DNA from: Eubacteriales bacterium
GTDB lineage: Bacteria > Bacillota > Clostridia > Oscillospirales > CAG-382
Direction: 5' to 3'
DNA length: 53,433 bases
Assembly (NCBI GenBank): GCA_045646465.1
Contig: JAZRKT010000032.1
Coordinates: 1-53,433 of the forward strand
Shown here in pieces: positions 1 through 9,639 of this stretch (positions are counted from its first letter, which is position 1; the number at the start of each line of letters is the position of its first letter). Below the pieces are notes generated by a model. It had not been told where the DNA came from, made no database searches, and was given only the letters and a program-made list of their open reading frames with translations. The position numbers and the translations under genes are program-made.

Positions 1-63
1 TAAATATGACAAATTAAATACATAGGTATAAATTAAATTGATTTTCTTGACATTTTCTTTTCC

Positions 64-96
64 CAAAAAGAAAAGAGACCGTCCCAAGACAGCCTC
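64..96 (-). terminator. Putative rho-independent terminator after the MATE gene
   Basis: On the minus strand an imperfect hairpin GAGGCTGTC-TTGG-GACGGTCTC (75-96) is followed by TTTTCTTTTTG (64-74), about 30 nt past the stop at 129-131. Confidence 0.5.
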
Positions 97-128
97 TGAA
101 GCTATGATTTTAAAGCTCTCCCTTGATT

Positions 129-1520
129 TTACACCGTCACAGCATTTGTCACTTTGAGCATTTTTACATTTTTGCTGAATTTTTTGTAGAAATAAATTGC
201 CATTATCCCCTGTGCCGCAAAGCTTAACGCCCAGCTTATGGGGTAAGACAAAAACAGCACGGTAAGAGTATGGTACTTTGCAAAAGCCGTTGCAATCCAC
301 AAGAGTCTTACGCCGCATATACCTGCGATTGAAAAAATCATAGCAGGCATAGGCTTGAACATACCTCGCAGCAGCGATGCCGTAACATTCATAAGTCCTC
401 CGAGAAACTGCGTTGAGGCTATTATTGTCATTCTTTCAAGACCGAATTTAACCTCAACAGGGTCTACAACGTTATAAATTGCAAGCAGCTTTTCGCCGAA
501 AACAACCGCCAAAGCACCTATTGTGCAGGAGCTAGCCATTATCATAAAGATAGCATAAAAAGCCGCTTTTTTGATACGCTCAGGCTTATTTGCGCCGAAG
601 TTCTGGCTGGTGTGGTTGAGAAGCGCATTGGTAACGCCGTCCGACGAGAAAAAAATGTAATACTCAATATTCTGTGCGGCGGCGGCTCCTGCAACGGCGG
701 CAGAGCCCAAGGAGTTTACGCTTGACTGAATGAAAACATTTGCAAAGGAGAACAGCGAGCTTTGTATACCCGACGGAATTCCAAGCTTTGCAACATCAAT
801 CAACGACTCCTTATAAATACGCAGCTTTTTGGGATACAGCTTAAGCACGCCGTCATATCCCAGGAAGCACATTATACATCTTACCGCACAATAGCCCTGA
901 GCAATGGTTGTAGCAAGTGCAACACCTGCAACGTTCATCTTGAACACTATTACAAAAACAAGGTTGAGTACAACATTTATAAAGCCCGACTGAATTATAT
1001 ACACAAAGGTGCGCTTTGCATCACCCACGGCCCTGAGAATTGACGAACAGAAGTTAAAGAGCAATACAAAGGGCATACCCAGAAAATATATTCTCATATA
1101 TGTAACCGCACCATTAAGGACATTGTTTTCGGTAGGTGTATCAAGCAAGGTAAGCAATGGACGAGCTGCAAACCACGCAACAATTGCAAGAATAGTGCCT
1201 CCCGCAACGCTCAGGCACACTGCCGTATGAACACATTTGCTTGCTTCCTCTGTGTTTTTGGCACCGTAATGGCGTGCCATAACTATACCGCTTCCCGCAG
1301 ACAAGCCTATAAATAAGTTTATCATCAGGTTTATAAGGCTTGAACAAGCTCCTACCGATGCAATACCGCCTTTCTCGCCAAACTGTCCCACAACAAGCAG
1401 GTCCGCCGTGTTGAAAAGCTGTTGGACTATACTTGTTGCCATAACCGACAGCGCAAGTATCAGCATATTTTTAAATATAGGGCCTTGCGTCATATCCACT
1501 TCGTTGTTTTTTCGACTCAC
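129..1520 (-). CDS. MATE family efflux transporter
   Basis: 463-aa polytopic membrane ORF of about 12 hydrophobic segments. The N-terminus (GPIFKNMLILALSVMATSIVQQLFNTADLLVVGQFGE) and duplicated halves are typical of MatE/NorM. Confidence 0.85.
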   Translation of the reverse strand: MSRKNNEVDMTQGPIFKNMLILALSVMATSIVQQLFNTADLLVVGQFGEKGGIASVGACSSLINLMINLFIGLSAGSGIVMARHYGAKNTEEASKCVHTAVCLSVAGGTILAIVAWFAARPLLTLLDTPTENNVLNGAVTYMRIYFLGMPFVLLFNFCSSILRAVGDAKRTFVYIIQSGFINVVLNLVFVIVFKMNVAGVALATTIAQGYCAVRCIMCFLGYDGVLKLYPKKLRIYKESLIDVAKLGIPSGIQSSLFSFANVFIQSSVNSLGSAAVAGAAAAQNIEYYIFFSSDGVTNALLNHTSQNFGANKPERIKKAAFYAIFMIMASSCTIGALAVVFGEKLLAIYNVVDPVEVKFGLERMTIIASTQFLGGLMNVTASLLRGMFKPMPAMIFSIAGICGVRLLWIATAFAKYHTLTVLFLSYPISWALSFAAQGIMAIYFYKKFSKNVKMLKVTNAVTV

Positions 1521-1552
1521 GTCTTGTTTTCGCCTCCGATAACGCTGTTTGC

Positions 1553-2398
1553 TTATTTATTGAAAAGCTTTAAAATTTCCTTTGATGCGTCCTCTACCGT
1601 AAAGCATCCGTCATCAATATCATATCCCAGTTTTTTAAGCTGTGCCGCTATTTCCGTCACCTCAGGAACGGAAAGTCCATTTTCTATCAGGGTATCTCTT
1701 TGGCTGAAAACCTCTTTTGGAGTACCCTCAAGCAGTATTTTTCCCTTTGACATAGTAATTATATTGTCGCTGTACATACCGATATCTTCCATGCTGTGGG
1801 AAATGATAATCATCGTGTTATCTCTTTTGCGTTGAAAATCGCACAAACCGCCCAATATCTCGCTTTTACCCTTAGGGTCAAGACCTGCCGCAGGCTCGTC
1901 AAGCACCAATATTTCGGGGTCCATTGCAATAATTCCTGCAATAGCAACTCTTCGTTTCTGTCCGCCCGACAGTTCAAAGGGGCTTTTCTTTAGAATCTCG
2001 TCGCTAAGACCCGTAAAATGTGTGGCATACTGTATTCTTTCCTGTATATCCTCCTCGGAAAGTCCCATATTTTTGGGTCCGTACGCAATATCCTTTTCCA
2101 CCGTTTCTTCAAACAGCTGGTATTCGGGATACTGAAAAACAAGTCCTATTTTAAAGCGCAAATCACGCAGACTGCTTCCTTTTTCGTGTATATCTCTGCC
2201 GTGAAAGAGAATTTTTCCGCTTGTAGGCTTCAAAAGTCCGTTCATCATAAGACAAAGTGTGGATTTTCCAGAGCCCGTATGTCCGATAATGCCCGTGACC
2301 TTGCCTTCGGGAATTTTAAAGGATACATCATCCACCGCCGTTTTTTCAAAAGGAGTTTTTACGCCGTACACGTGCGATACATTGTGAAATTCAAGCAT
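1553..2398 (-). CDS. ecfA2: Energy-coupling factor (ECF) transporter ATPase, EcfA2 type
   Basis: Walker A GHTGSGKST, ABC signature LSGGQKRRVAIAG and Walker B ILVLDEP. I prefer the ATG at 2398 (MLEFHNV), which has GGAGGAG 6 nt upstream and overlaps the ecfA1 stop, over the track start at 2416. Confidence 0.9.
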   Translation of the reverse strand: MLEFHNVSHVYGVKTPFEKTAVDDVSFKIPEGKVTGIIGHTGSGKSTLCLMMNGLLKPTSGKILFHGRDIHEKGSSLRDLRFKIGLVFQYPEYQLFEETVEKDIAYGPKNMGLSEEDIQERIQYATHFTGLSDEILKKSPFELSGGQKRRVAIAGIIAMDPEILVLDEPAAGLDPKGKSEILGGLCDFQRKRDNTMIIISHSMEDIGMYSDNIITMSKGKILLEGTPKEVFSQRDTLIENGLSVPEVTEIAAQLKKLGYDIDDGCFTVEDASKEILKLFNK

Positions 2399-3311
2399 TA
2401 TTCTCCTCCTCGGCAATTATTTTACCTTTTTTTATTCCTTTGATTTCAAGAAGGCTGGCGATTTTCTCCACAGCCTGAGAGGTGTTTATGACGCAGCCTG
2501 CATCCATAACTCCCACAGCCTTTGAAACCTCCTGCCACACCTTTGTGCTTTGAGGTGCTTCAAGAGAACATTCTTCAAGTAGCTGTGTCTGTGCAAAGAC
2601 CTCGCTGGGCGTACCCTCGCACACCTTCTTACCTGCGTGGACAACGATAACCTTATCTGCCATTGCCGCCTCATTCATATAATGAGTGATAAGCACCACC
2701 GTAACTCCGCTTTCCTTAAGCTTCATTATAACGTCAAGTATATCCTGTCTTCCCTTGGGGTCAAGCATAGCAGTAGACTCGTCAAAAATAATGCACTTGG
2801 GATTCATGGCAAGTATACCCGCTATTGCAACTCTCTGCTTCTGTCCGCCGCTGAGCTTATGGGTATCGTGTCCCGAAAACTCCCTAAGTCCCACAGCCCT
2901 TAAGCAGTCGTCAACACGCTTACGTATCTCTTTTGGCTGAATTCCCAGATTTTCGGGCGCAAATGCCACATCGTCCTCAACAATGGATGCCACAAGCTGA
3001 TTGTCGGGATTCTGAAATACCATTCCCACCGTTTTTCTTATATCAAGGTTGTGCGCCTCATCTGCACAGTCATAGCATACGCCGTCTCCTGGGCACACCG
3101 TAACACGTCCGCTTGTTGGGCAAAGCACACCGCTGAGCAGCTTTGCAAGGGTGGATTTTCCTGAGCCGTTATGCCCGATAATGGCAGTAAAAGAGCCTCT
3201 TTGTATTTCCACCGAAATGCCGTTTACTGCCGCAATCACCTTACCCGACAGCGCATCAAGCTCATCGGAGTAGTAAAATATTAAATTTTCCGCCTTGATT
3301 ATGCTGTCCAT
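2391..3311 (-). CDS. ecfA1: ECF transporter ATPase, EcfA1 type
   Basis: Walker A GHNGSGKST, LSGGQKQRVAIAG and Walker B IIFDEST. The start is set at MDSIIKAENL (3311), one nt after the mtaB stop, with GGAGGAA upstream. The longer track ORF would overlap mtaB by 47 nt. Confidence 0.9.
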   Translation of the reverse strand: MDSIIKAENLIFYYSDELDALSGKVIAAVNGISVEIQRGSFTAIIGHNGSGKSTLAKLLSGVLCPTSGRVTVCPGDGVCYDCADEAHNLDIRKTVGMVFQNPDNQLVASIVEDDVAFAPENLGIQPKEIRKRVDDCLRAVGLREFSGHDTHKLSGGQKQRVAIAGILAMNPKCIIFDESTAMLDPKGRQDILDVIMKLKESGVTVVLITHYMNEAAMADKVIVVHAGKKVCEGTPSEVFAQTQLLEECSLEAPQSTKVWQEVSKAVGVMDAGCVINTSQAVEKIASLLEIKGIKKGKIIAEEENNA

Positions 3312-3312
3312 T

Positions 3313-4644
3313 TTATTCCTCCAAAGACCTGCCCGTGACATATTCGCCGTCTTTTTCAATCTGCTCCAATATCACCTTTACAATATCGTTTGGCTTATAG
3401 CCGTTATTTTTAACTCTTGCTTCTATATAGTTTTGGGTATATCCGTGATAATATCCGTCTTTTTCCGTTTCGCAAAGAATGTTCATTTCTTTTCCTGCAT
3501 AGGAAAGAAGAATTTCCTTTCTCACCGTATGCATCACCTCTTCAAGAGCCTTTACACGCTCCTGTTTTACTTTTTCTGACAGCTTGCCTTCCATTTCGCT
3601 TGCAGGCGTGCCTTTTCTGTCGGAATAGGGAAAAATATGCACATAAAGAAAACCGCACTTTTTTACAAATCCCAGCGTGCTGTCAAATTCCTCACGGGTT
3701 TCACCGGGAAAGCCCACAATTACGTCGGTAGTAATCTGACACAGTGGGAAATGCTCTCTTAAAAGGCACAGCTTTTCATAAAACATTTTTGTGTTGTACT
3801 TACGCTTCATTCTTGCAAGCACGCTGTCGCATCCGCTTTGAAGTGACAGGTGAAAGTGAGGCATAAAGGTCGGAATAAGCGACAGCCGCTTTACAAAATC
3901 CTCTTTTAACACCGTAGGCTCAAGAGACCCGAGACGTATTCTTTTTACATCCTTAATACGGGACACCGCCTCTACAAGACTTGCAAGGTCTGTTCCTATA
4001 TCCTTACCGTATGCCGCCGTTTCAATACCTGTCAGCACAATTTCACGGCATCCGCCAAGTGCCGTTATATCACGGCATTCTTCAACAACCGCCTCTATGC
4101 TCTTTGAGCGCACCTTGCCCCTTGCTTTGGGAATTACGCAATAGGAGCAATGATTTTCACAACCGTCAACAACCTTAAGGAAGGCTCTTGTATTGTCGCT
4201 TCCTGTAACGGACATTTCTTCAATGAAGTTATAGCTGTATATGTCGGGAAAAGCCGTATTGCAGGCGCTTCCTTCGCTGCCGATTACTCCTAAAAGTGCC
4301 AAAACCCTGTCAACACAGCTCATTTTTTCGCCGTTGCCCAGAACAAGCTTTACGCCTTCTATTTCCCACGCCGCCTTTGCATCCACCTGCGACATACAGC
4401 CCATCACCGCAACTACAGCCTTACCCTTGCCGTTTTTTACAGCTCTGCGTATCATTTGTCTTGATTTTCTGTCGCTTTCCCCTGTAACTGTGCAAGTGTT
4501 TATGACGTAAACGTCGCACTCATCGGTAAATTTCGCTATTTCAAAGCCCCTTTTTATAAAGCTTTCTTCCACAGCCCTTGTTTCGTATTGGTTTACTCTG
4601 CAGCCGAGGGTACAGAAAGCAGCCTTCAAATTATTATTTTTCAT
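3313..4644 (-). CDS. mtaB: tRNA threonylcarbamoyladenosine methylthiotransferase MtaB (radical SAM)
   Basis: N-terminal UPF0004 motif FCTLGCRVNQYE, radical-SAM CxxxCxxC (CENHCSYCVIP) and a C-terminal TRAM-like region. Length of 443 aa fits. Confidence 0.85.
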   Translation of the reverse strand: MKNNNLKAAFCTLGCRVNQYETRAVEESFIKRGFEIAKFTDECDVYVINTCTVTGESDRKSRQMIRRAVKNGKGKAVVAVMGCMSQVDAKAAWEIEGVKLVLGNGEKMSCVDRVLALLGVIGSEGSACNTAFPDIYSYNFIEEMSVTGSDNTRAFLKVVDGCENHCSYCVIPKARGKVRSKSIEAVVEECRDITALGGCREIVLTGIETAAYGKDIGTDLASLVEAVSRIKDVKRIRLGSLEPTVLKEDFVKRLSLIPTFMPHFHLSLQSGCDSVLARMKRKYNTKMFYEKLCLLREHFPLCQITTDVIVGFPGETREEFDSTLGFVKKCGFLYVHIFPYSDRKGTPASEMEGKLSEKVKQERVKALEEVMHTVRKEILLSYAGKEMNILCETEKDGYYHGYTQNYIEARVKNNGYKPNDIVKVILEQIEKDGEYVTGRSLEE

Positions 4645-5183
4645 CAGTTAAATATGAGAGGAAGCTTTTCAAGATATATAATGTCGTCTCTATCAGCAGC
4701 ATCCCCTTCTGCAAGAACGGCTGCACGGCAAACAACTGTGCCTCCTGCCTTTACAACAAGCTCTTCAACGGCTCTTATTGAGTCGCCAAGACTTATTACG
4801 TCATCGATAACAGCAATTCTCTTACCCTTGATAAGCTCTGCATCCGCACCGTCAAGATATAGGGTCTGAACACCCTTTGTGGTAATGGAGTTTACCGTAA
4901 CACTTAAGGGGTTTGTCATATAAGCTTTAAGTGCTTTACGTGCAACAAAATGCTTCTTCTGACCTGAAAGACGCGCCATTTCGTTGATAAGACCTATGGA
5001 CTTTGCTTCGGGAGCAATCATATAGTCATATTTGGGCATTTTTTCAAGCAGAGCCTTTGCGCATGCCTCGGTAAGCTCATAGTCGCCCAGCATTACAAAG
5101 CCTGCAATTGAAATTTTTTCATTGAGAGGGCATACCGGCAAATCTCTTTCAAGACCGGCAACCTTTAACTTGTAGTATTCCAT
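4644..5183 (-). CDS. Phosphoribosyltransferase family protein (Apt/Xpt-like)
   Basis: PRPP-binding loop RIAVIDDVISLGDS in a 179-aa protein. The stop overlaps the mtaB ATG by 1 nt (TGATG). Confidence 0.7.
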   Translation of the reverse strand: MEYYKLKVAGLERDLPVCPLNEKISIAGFVMLGDYELTEACAKALLEKMPKYDYMIAPEAKSIGLINEMARLSGQKKHFVARKALKAYMTNPLSVTVNSITTKGVQTLYLDGADAELIKGKRIAVIDDVISLGDSIRAVEELVVKAGGTVVCRAAVLAEGDAADRDDIIYLEKLPLIFN

Positions 5184-5209
5184 TTTTTATTTACCTCACA
5201 TCCAAATAA

Positions 5210-5548
5210 TTAAGCCATTGTTTCGGGAAGCTTTTTACCGCCAAGAATATGGAAATGCAAATGCATAACCGACTGACAGCCGTCTTCGCCGCAGTTTGTT
5301 ATAACTCTGTAGCCCTTTTCAAGACCGCACGCCTTTGCAATTTTGGGTATTGCTTCAAATATGCTTGCAACATAAGTACTGTTTTCGCCGTCAATTTCGT
5401 CGGCGTTTTTAATGTGCTTTTTTGGCACAACAAGCACGTGAACAGGCGCCATGGGGTTAATATCGTTGAAGGCATAAACCTTTTCGTCTTCATATACCTT
5501 TGATGAGGGTATTTCTCCGTTAATTATTTTACAGAATAAGCAATCCAT
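5210..5548 (-). CDS. HIT family (histidine triad) nucleotide hydrolase
   Basis: HLHFHILGG histidine triad and a CLFCKI zinc-type N-terminus. The start is taken at MDCLFCKI rather than the 10-codon-longer track start. Confidence 0.9.
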   Translation of the reverse strand: MDCLFCKIINGEIPSSKVYEDEKVYAFNDINPMAPVHVLVVPKKHIKNADEIDGENSTYVASIFEAIPKIAKACGLEKGYRVITNCGEDGCQSVMHLHFHILGGKKLPETMA

Positions 5549-5663
5549 TTTTAATTTCTCCCTTCTTTTTGTGTACAAACAGTACTCCGTTTACTATTTT
5601 ACACAATATTGTAATTTTATTAAATATTCAAATGTAAATTTTATACTCTTTTTCCTTTTATGG

Positions 5664-5699
5664 CATAAAAATTCTCCGAAAGCTGTGCTCTCGGAGAGT
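5664..5699 (-). terminator. Rho-independent terminator after yebC
   Basis: Minus strand reads CTCTCCGA-(gagcacagctt)-TCGGAGAA followed by TTTTTAT, starting about 10 nt past the stop at 5709. Confidence 0.7.
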
Positions 5700-5708
5700 A
5701 TAAAAAAA

Positions 5709-6434
5709 TTATTCCTGTTCCCAGTTATGCCAAACGTTTGTAACGTCGTCGTTTTCGTCAAACATATCAAGAAGCTTTTCCATATTCTTAACAGCATCCT
5801 CGTCGTCAAGTGCAACGTAGTTTGCAGGGATTTTGCTCTGTTCTGCCGAAATGAACTTATACCCTTTTTCGGTAAGAGCAGCTGCAACTGCAGAAAAGTC
5901 ACTCGGCTCGGTTGTGATTTCAAAGACTCCATCCTCTCCCGAAATGTCTTCAGCTCCCGCTTCAAGAGCGTCCTCCATAAGCTTTTCTTCGTCAATGCCC
6001 GCCGCATCAATGGCAATTACACCCTTGTCGCTGAACATATAGGACACACAGCCTGTCTGACCGAGGTTTCCGCCGTACTTATCAAAGTAGTGACGCATAT
6101 CGGCACCTGTTCTGTTTCTGTTGTCTGTGGTTGTTTCAACAATTACCGCAACGCCACAAGGACCGTAGCCTTCGTACATAATTACTTCGTAGTTTACAGA
6201 GCCGTCTGCTCCGCTTGCCTTCTTGATGGCGCGCTCGATGTTGTCGTTGGGTACGTTGTTTGCCTTTGCCTTGGCAATAAGGTCTGCAAGCTTTGAGTTT
6301 GAAGCAGGCTCGGGACCGCCGTCTCTTACTGCCATTGCAATTTCTTTACCGATTTTTGTGAATACCTTAGCACGCTGAAGATCGGTTTTTTCCTTCTTGT
6401 GCATAATATTCTTCCACTTGGAATGTCCTGACAT
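5709..6434 (-). CDS. yebC: YebC/PmpR family DNA-binding transcriptional regulator
   Basis: Canonical N-terminus MSGHSKWKNIMHKK, 241 aa, RBS AAGGAGA upstream. Confidence 0.92.
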   Translation of the reverse strand: MSGHSKWKNIMHKKEKTDLQRAKVFTKIGKEIAMAVRDGGPEPASNSKLADLIAKAKANNVPNDNIERAIKKASGADGSVNYEVIMYEGYGPCGVAVIVETTTDNRNRTGADMRHYFDKYGGNLGQTGCVSYMFSDKGVIAIDAAGIDEEKLMEDALEAGAEDISGEDGVFEITTEPSDFSAVAAALTEKGYKFISAEQSKIPANYVALDDEDAVKNMEKLLDMFDENDDVTNVWHNWEQE

Positions 6435-6738
6435 AAATATTTCTCCTTAAAAATTTTTATTTTGTTTATGTGACGAAGGAGTACGGTCGCTTTCTTGAAA
6501 GAAAGCTCCGTAAAGAACTTTATTTTAGCTATCGCCGTTTTGAATTTTTTTCGGATGTGTTATCCATTTTTCAACGCAGGAACGACCTGTGAACAAAACG
6601 AACAAGAGTAGTTTTGATCGCTTGCGTTTATGGCGGTCAAAACGGCTGCCCGTGCACTTAGACCGTCCTTCATCCGACGGTTGCCTGCGACATTATTTTC
6701 TTTTTGCTTACTTTTTTTATCAAAGAAAAAGTAAGATA

Positions 6739-8448
6739 TCAGATGTTCTTAGGTGTCTTAAGACCGATAAGGGTAAGACCGTTTTTAAGAACGATACTTG
6801 TTGCCTTAACAAGGGCTATACGTGTATCCTTTACCGCCTTATCCTCGCACTTAAGAACGGGGCAGTCGTGGTAGAAGCGGTTAAAGTCTGCGCACACATC
6901 AAGCAGGTATCTTGCAATAAAGGAGGGTTCAAGCTCTTTTCTTGCGCTTTCAACCTTATCGGGGAAAAGCTTAAGAGTTTTTATAAGGTTTGCTTCGGCA
7001 TCCTCGGTGATTACAAAGTTATTTTCGGGCTTGATTTCAAGTGTTTCGGGAGACTTTTCAAGCACGCCGCAACATCTTGCATAGGTATACTGAACATAAG
7101 GACCCGTATTGCCGTCGAAGTTAAGCACCTCGTCCCACATAAAGTTTACGTCCTTGATTCTGTTATTGGAAAGGTCGTGGAACACAACTGCTCCCACACC
7201 TACCGCACTTGCAACCTCTTCTTTATTCTCAAGGTCGGGGTTCTTCTGATTGATAATTTCAAGAGTCTTTGCCGTTGCCGTCTTGAATATATCATCAAGA
7301 AGCACAACATTACCGGTTCTTGTTGCAAGCTTTGCACCCTCAATACTTACAGTTCCGAAGGGGACGTGCACCATATCCTTTGCCCACTCATAGCCCATAA
7401 GACCGATAACCTTAAAGAACTGTGCAAAGTGAAGTGACTGTCCTGCACTTGTAACGTAGATACACTTATCAAAATTATATGTTTCCTTACGGTATATTGC
7501 CGCTGCAATATCACGTGTTGCGTAAATGGTTGAGCCATCAGATTTAAGGATAAGACAGGGAGGCATATTGTAATCGTCAAGCCTTACGATTTCAGCACCC
7601 TCGTCAACGGTAAGAAGCTGTTTTTCACGAAGCTCATTTACAACTCTGTCTGTTTTATCAAAGTAGAAGCTCTCACCATTCCAGCTTTCAAAGTCCGCAC
7701 CGATAAGTGCATATGTCTTTTTATATTCATTTATTGAAATTTCAATAAACCACTTCCAAAGAGCAAGACACTCATCGTCGCCGTTTTCCATTGCAGTAAA
7801 GGCTGCTCTTGCCTCATCGTTAAGTGCCGGGTCTTTTTCTGCTTCCTCGTGGAATTTGACGTAAATTTCCACCAGCGCATCAATTCCGCCGTTTTCAATT
7901 CTGTCACGGCTTCCCCATTTTTTATATGCTACAATAAGCTTACCGAACTGTGTTCCCCAGTCGCCAAGGTGGTTGACGCCAACACACTCGTATCCGCAGA
8001 ACTTATGAAGATTCTTTATGGACTGACCGATAACGGTAGAACGCAGATGCCCTATATGAAAAGGCTTTGCAACGTTGGGTGAAGAATAGTCAATAACAAC
8101 TGTTTTTCCCTTGCCCTTGTCGCTTGAGCCATAGCTTTCGTTTGTAAAGATTGCTTCAAGATCCTTTACAAGACTGCCCTTACTGATAAAGAAGTTAAGG
8201 TATCCGTTGACGCTCTGCACATCATCGAAAATACCCTTGCAGCTTTCGTCTGCATCAATTCCCTCTTTAAGGGATGCGGCAATCATCGGCGGAGCTTTGC
8301 GCAGTATTTTACTGAGCTTGAAGCAGGGAAGCGCAAGGTCTCCCATTTTTTTGTCGGCAGGATATTCAAGCATTGCCGCTATGTCCTCTGCTGTCATATC
8401 GGGGATAAGCGCCATAAGCTTTTCTGCCACTAAAAGTTTTTCATTCAT
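6739..8448 (-). CDS. argS: Arginine--tRNA ligase
   Basis: 569 aa with the class I HIGH motif (PFHIGHLRS) and a DALR anticodon-binding C-terminus. Confidence 0.93.
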   Translation of the reverse strand: MNEKLLVAEKLMALIPDMTAEDIAAMLEYPADKKMGDLALPCFKLSKILRKAPPMIAASLKEGIDADESCKGIFDDVQSVNGYLNFFISKGSLVKDLEAIFTNESYGSSDKGKGKTVVIDYSSPNVAKPFHIGHLRSTVIGQSIKNLHKFCGYECVGVNHLGDWGTQFGKLIVAYKKWGSRDRIENGGIDALVEIYVKFHEEAEKDPALNDEARAAFTAMENGDDECLALWKWFIEISINEYKKTYALIGADFESWNGESFYFDKTDRVVNELREKQLLTVDEGAEIVRLDDYNMPPCLILKSDGSTIYATRDIAAAIYRKETYNFDKCIYVTSAGQSLHFAQFFKVIGLMGYEWAKDMVHVPFGTVSIEGAKLATRTGNVVLLDDIFKTATAKTLEIINQKNPDLENKEEVASAVGVGAVVFHDLSNNRIKDVNFMWDEVLNFDGNTGPYVQYTYARCCGVLEKSPETLEIKPENNFVITEDAEANLIKTLKLFPDKVESARKELEPSFIARYLLDVCADFNRFYHDCPVLKCEDKAVKDTRIALVKATSIVLKNGLTLIGLKTPKNI

Positions 8449-8484
8449 TTTTTCAAGTCCTTCTATGTGAAATTGTTTGCTGAA

Positions 8485-9624
8485 CTATTTAACGGTTATT
8501 TTGGTGTTTATGGGAACTATTGCAATATAGCTCTTACCGGGATTAAGCATAAGAGGTGTTTCTCCGTCAGCCTCATAAAGAGTATACGAGGACGTTCTTG
8601 TCTGCTTTTTCCACACTATATCCTTATATTTTCCACCTGTAAAATACTTACCCTTTCCGCTTCCTGTGAAATTTACCTTTATACATCCGTTGGCATCACC
8701 CGGTATTGTGCTGTGAGCACATTCCAACACCAAAAGATTTGTAAAGGACAGAATTTCTCCGTCGTCTCCGTCAATATGCTCTGTACCGTAGTGCCCCTTA
8801 TCATAGGTGCCCTTTTGGGGAACATAATTGAAAAAGGAAAGTGCATAAGGGTTTGTTTTAAACGCCATTGAAAAGGGAATTTCAACGTAGGAAGCATCCT
8901 CTGTGCCTGCACAGTGTGCGCCAAAGGTCAAAGGCTGAGGAAGCTCGGTCGTTTCTCTGTATCCTTTCGCCTGCATATTTTTTACAATACCCTCTCCGCT
9001 TATCATAAGGGTATGCTCTTTAGCCATTGTTTTGCGCCTTTCGGCACTTCTGTAAAAGTGGTTAAGGTAAATACCGTCAAGGTGGTCTATTCTTCCCGTG
9101 GCAAGCTCATTTTTTGCATAAACGCTTCCGCCTGCGTGAACATAAACAGCATCGTGTGCATTGGCAATGTCAATAAAATAGTCTCTTGCCGAGCGTATAG
9201 AGCCTATTTCGGGAATGCTTTTATAGTCGTTATACACGCACAGAAGCCGTGTAATTCCGCCTTCTTCGAGTATTTCGTATATGATTTCCGCCTCCGACAC
9301 CGCCACCTGCGGCATTGCCGCCTTGATGTTGTTTATCATTATCGCAACAGGTCGGGTAACGGCAATTTCCTGTGTACAGGCAAGTCCCGACAGAGGATTT
9401 ATAAAGGCTTGCTCTGCAGGCTCCTGTTCAGGCAGGTCCGTCTGTTTCTCATCTTCTTCCTTTTTGGAAGCTTCTTTTTCATTTTCTGTCTTTGCCTGAC
9501 TTACGGCAGGCACTTTTTTTTCCTGCTCCTTGTCAGCGTCCTTCTTTTCACAGCCCGTGTAAAGCAACAGAACACACGCCGACAGCAAAAAGGTTACAAG
9601 TATTTTCAGGGTATTATGCTTCAT
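8485..9624 (-). CDS. DUF3048 (YerB-like) lipoprotein
   Basis: Signal peptide with a lipobox (LLLYTGC), an acidic low-complexity linker, then RPVAIMINN...EGGITRLL typical of DUF3048. Confidence 0.7.
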   Translation of the reverse strand: MKHNTLKILVTFLLSACVLLLYTGCEKKDADKEQEKKVPAVSQAKTENEKEASKKEEDEKQTDLPEQEPAEQAFINPLSGLACTQEIAVTRPVAIMINNIKAAMPQVAVSEAEIIYEILEEGGITRLLCVYNDYKSIPEIGSIRSARDYFIDIANAHDAVYVHAGGSVYAKNELATGRIDHLDGIYLNHFYRSAERRKTMAKEHTLMISGEGIVKNMQAKGYRETTELPQPLTFGAHCAGTEDASYVEIPFSMAFKTNPYALSFFNYVPQKGTYDKGHYGTEHIDGDDGEILSFTNLLVLECAHSTIPGDANGCIKVNFTGSGKGKYFTGGKYKDIVWKKQTRTSSYTLYEADGETPLMLNPGKSYIAIVPINTKITVK

Positions 9625-9639
9625 TGTTTGTCTCCCAAG

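Noticed and set aside
6435-6738. Tested whether the argS-yebC spacer encodes SRP (4.5S/scRNA) or 6S RNA.
   Set aside because: The conserved SRP helix-8 motif (GGUCCGGAAGGAAGCAGCC-like, with a GNAR tetraloop) is absent; only a loose GGATGAAGG resemblance exists. The long imperfect rod with a central bubble expected of 6S RNA could not be drawn convincingly.
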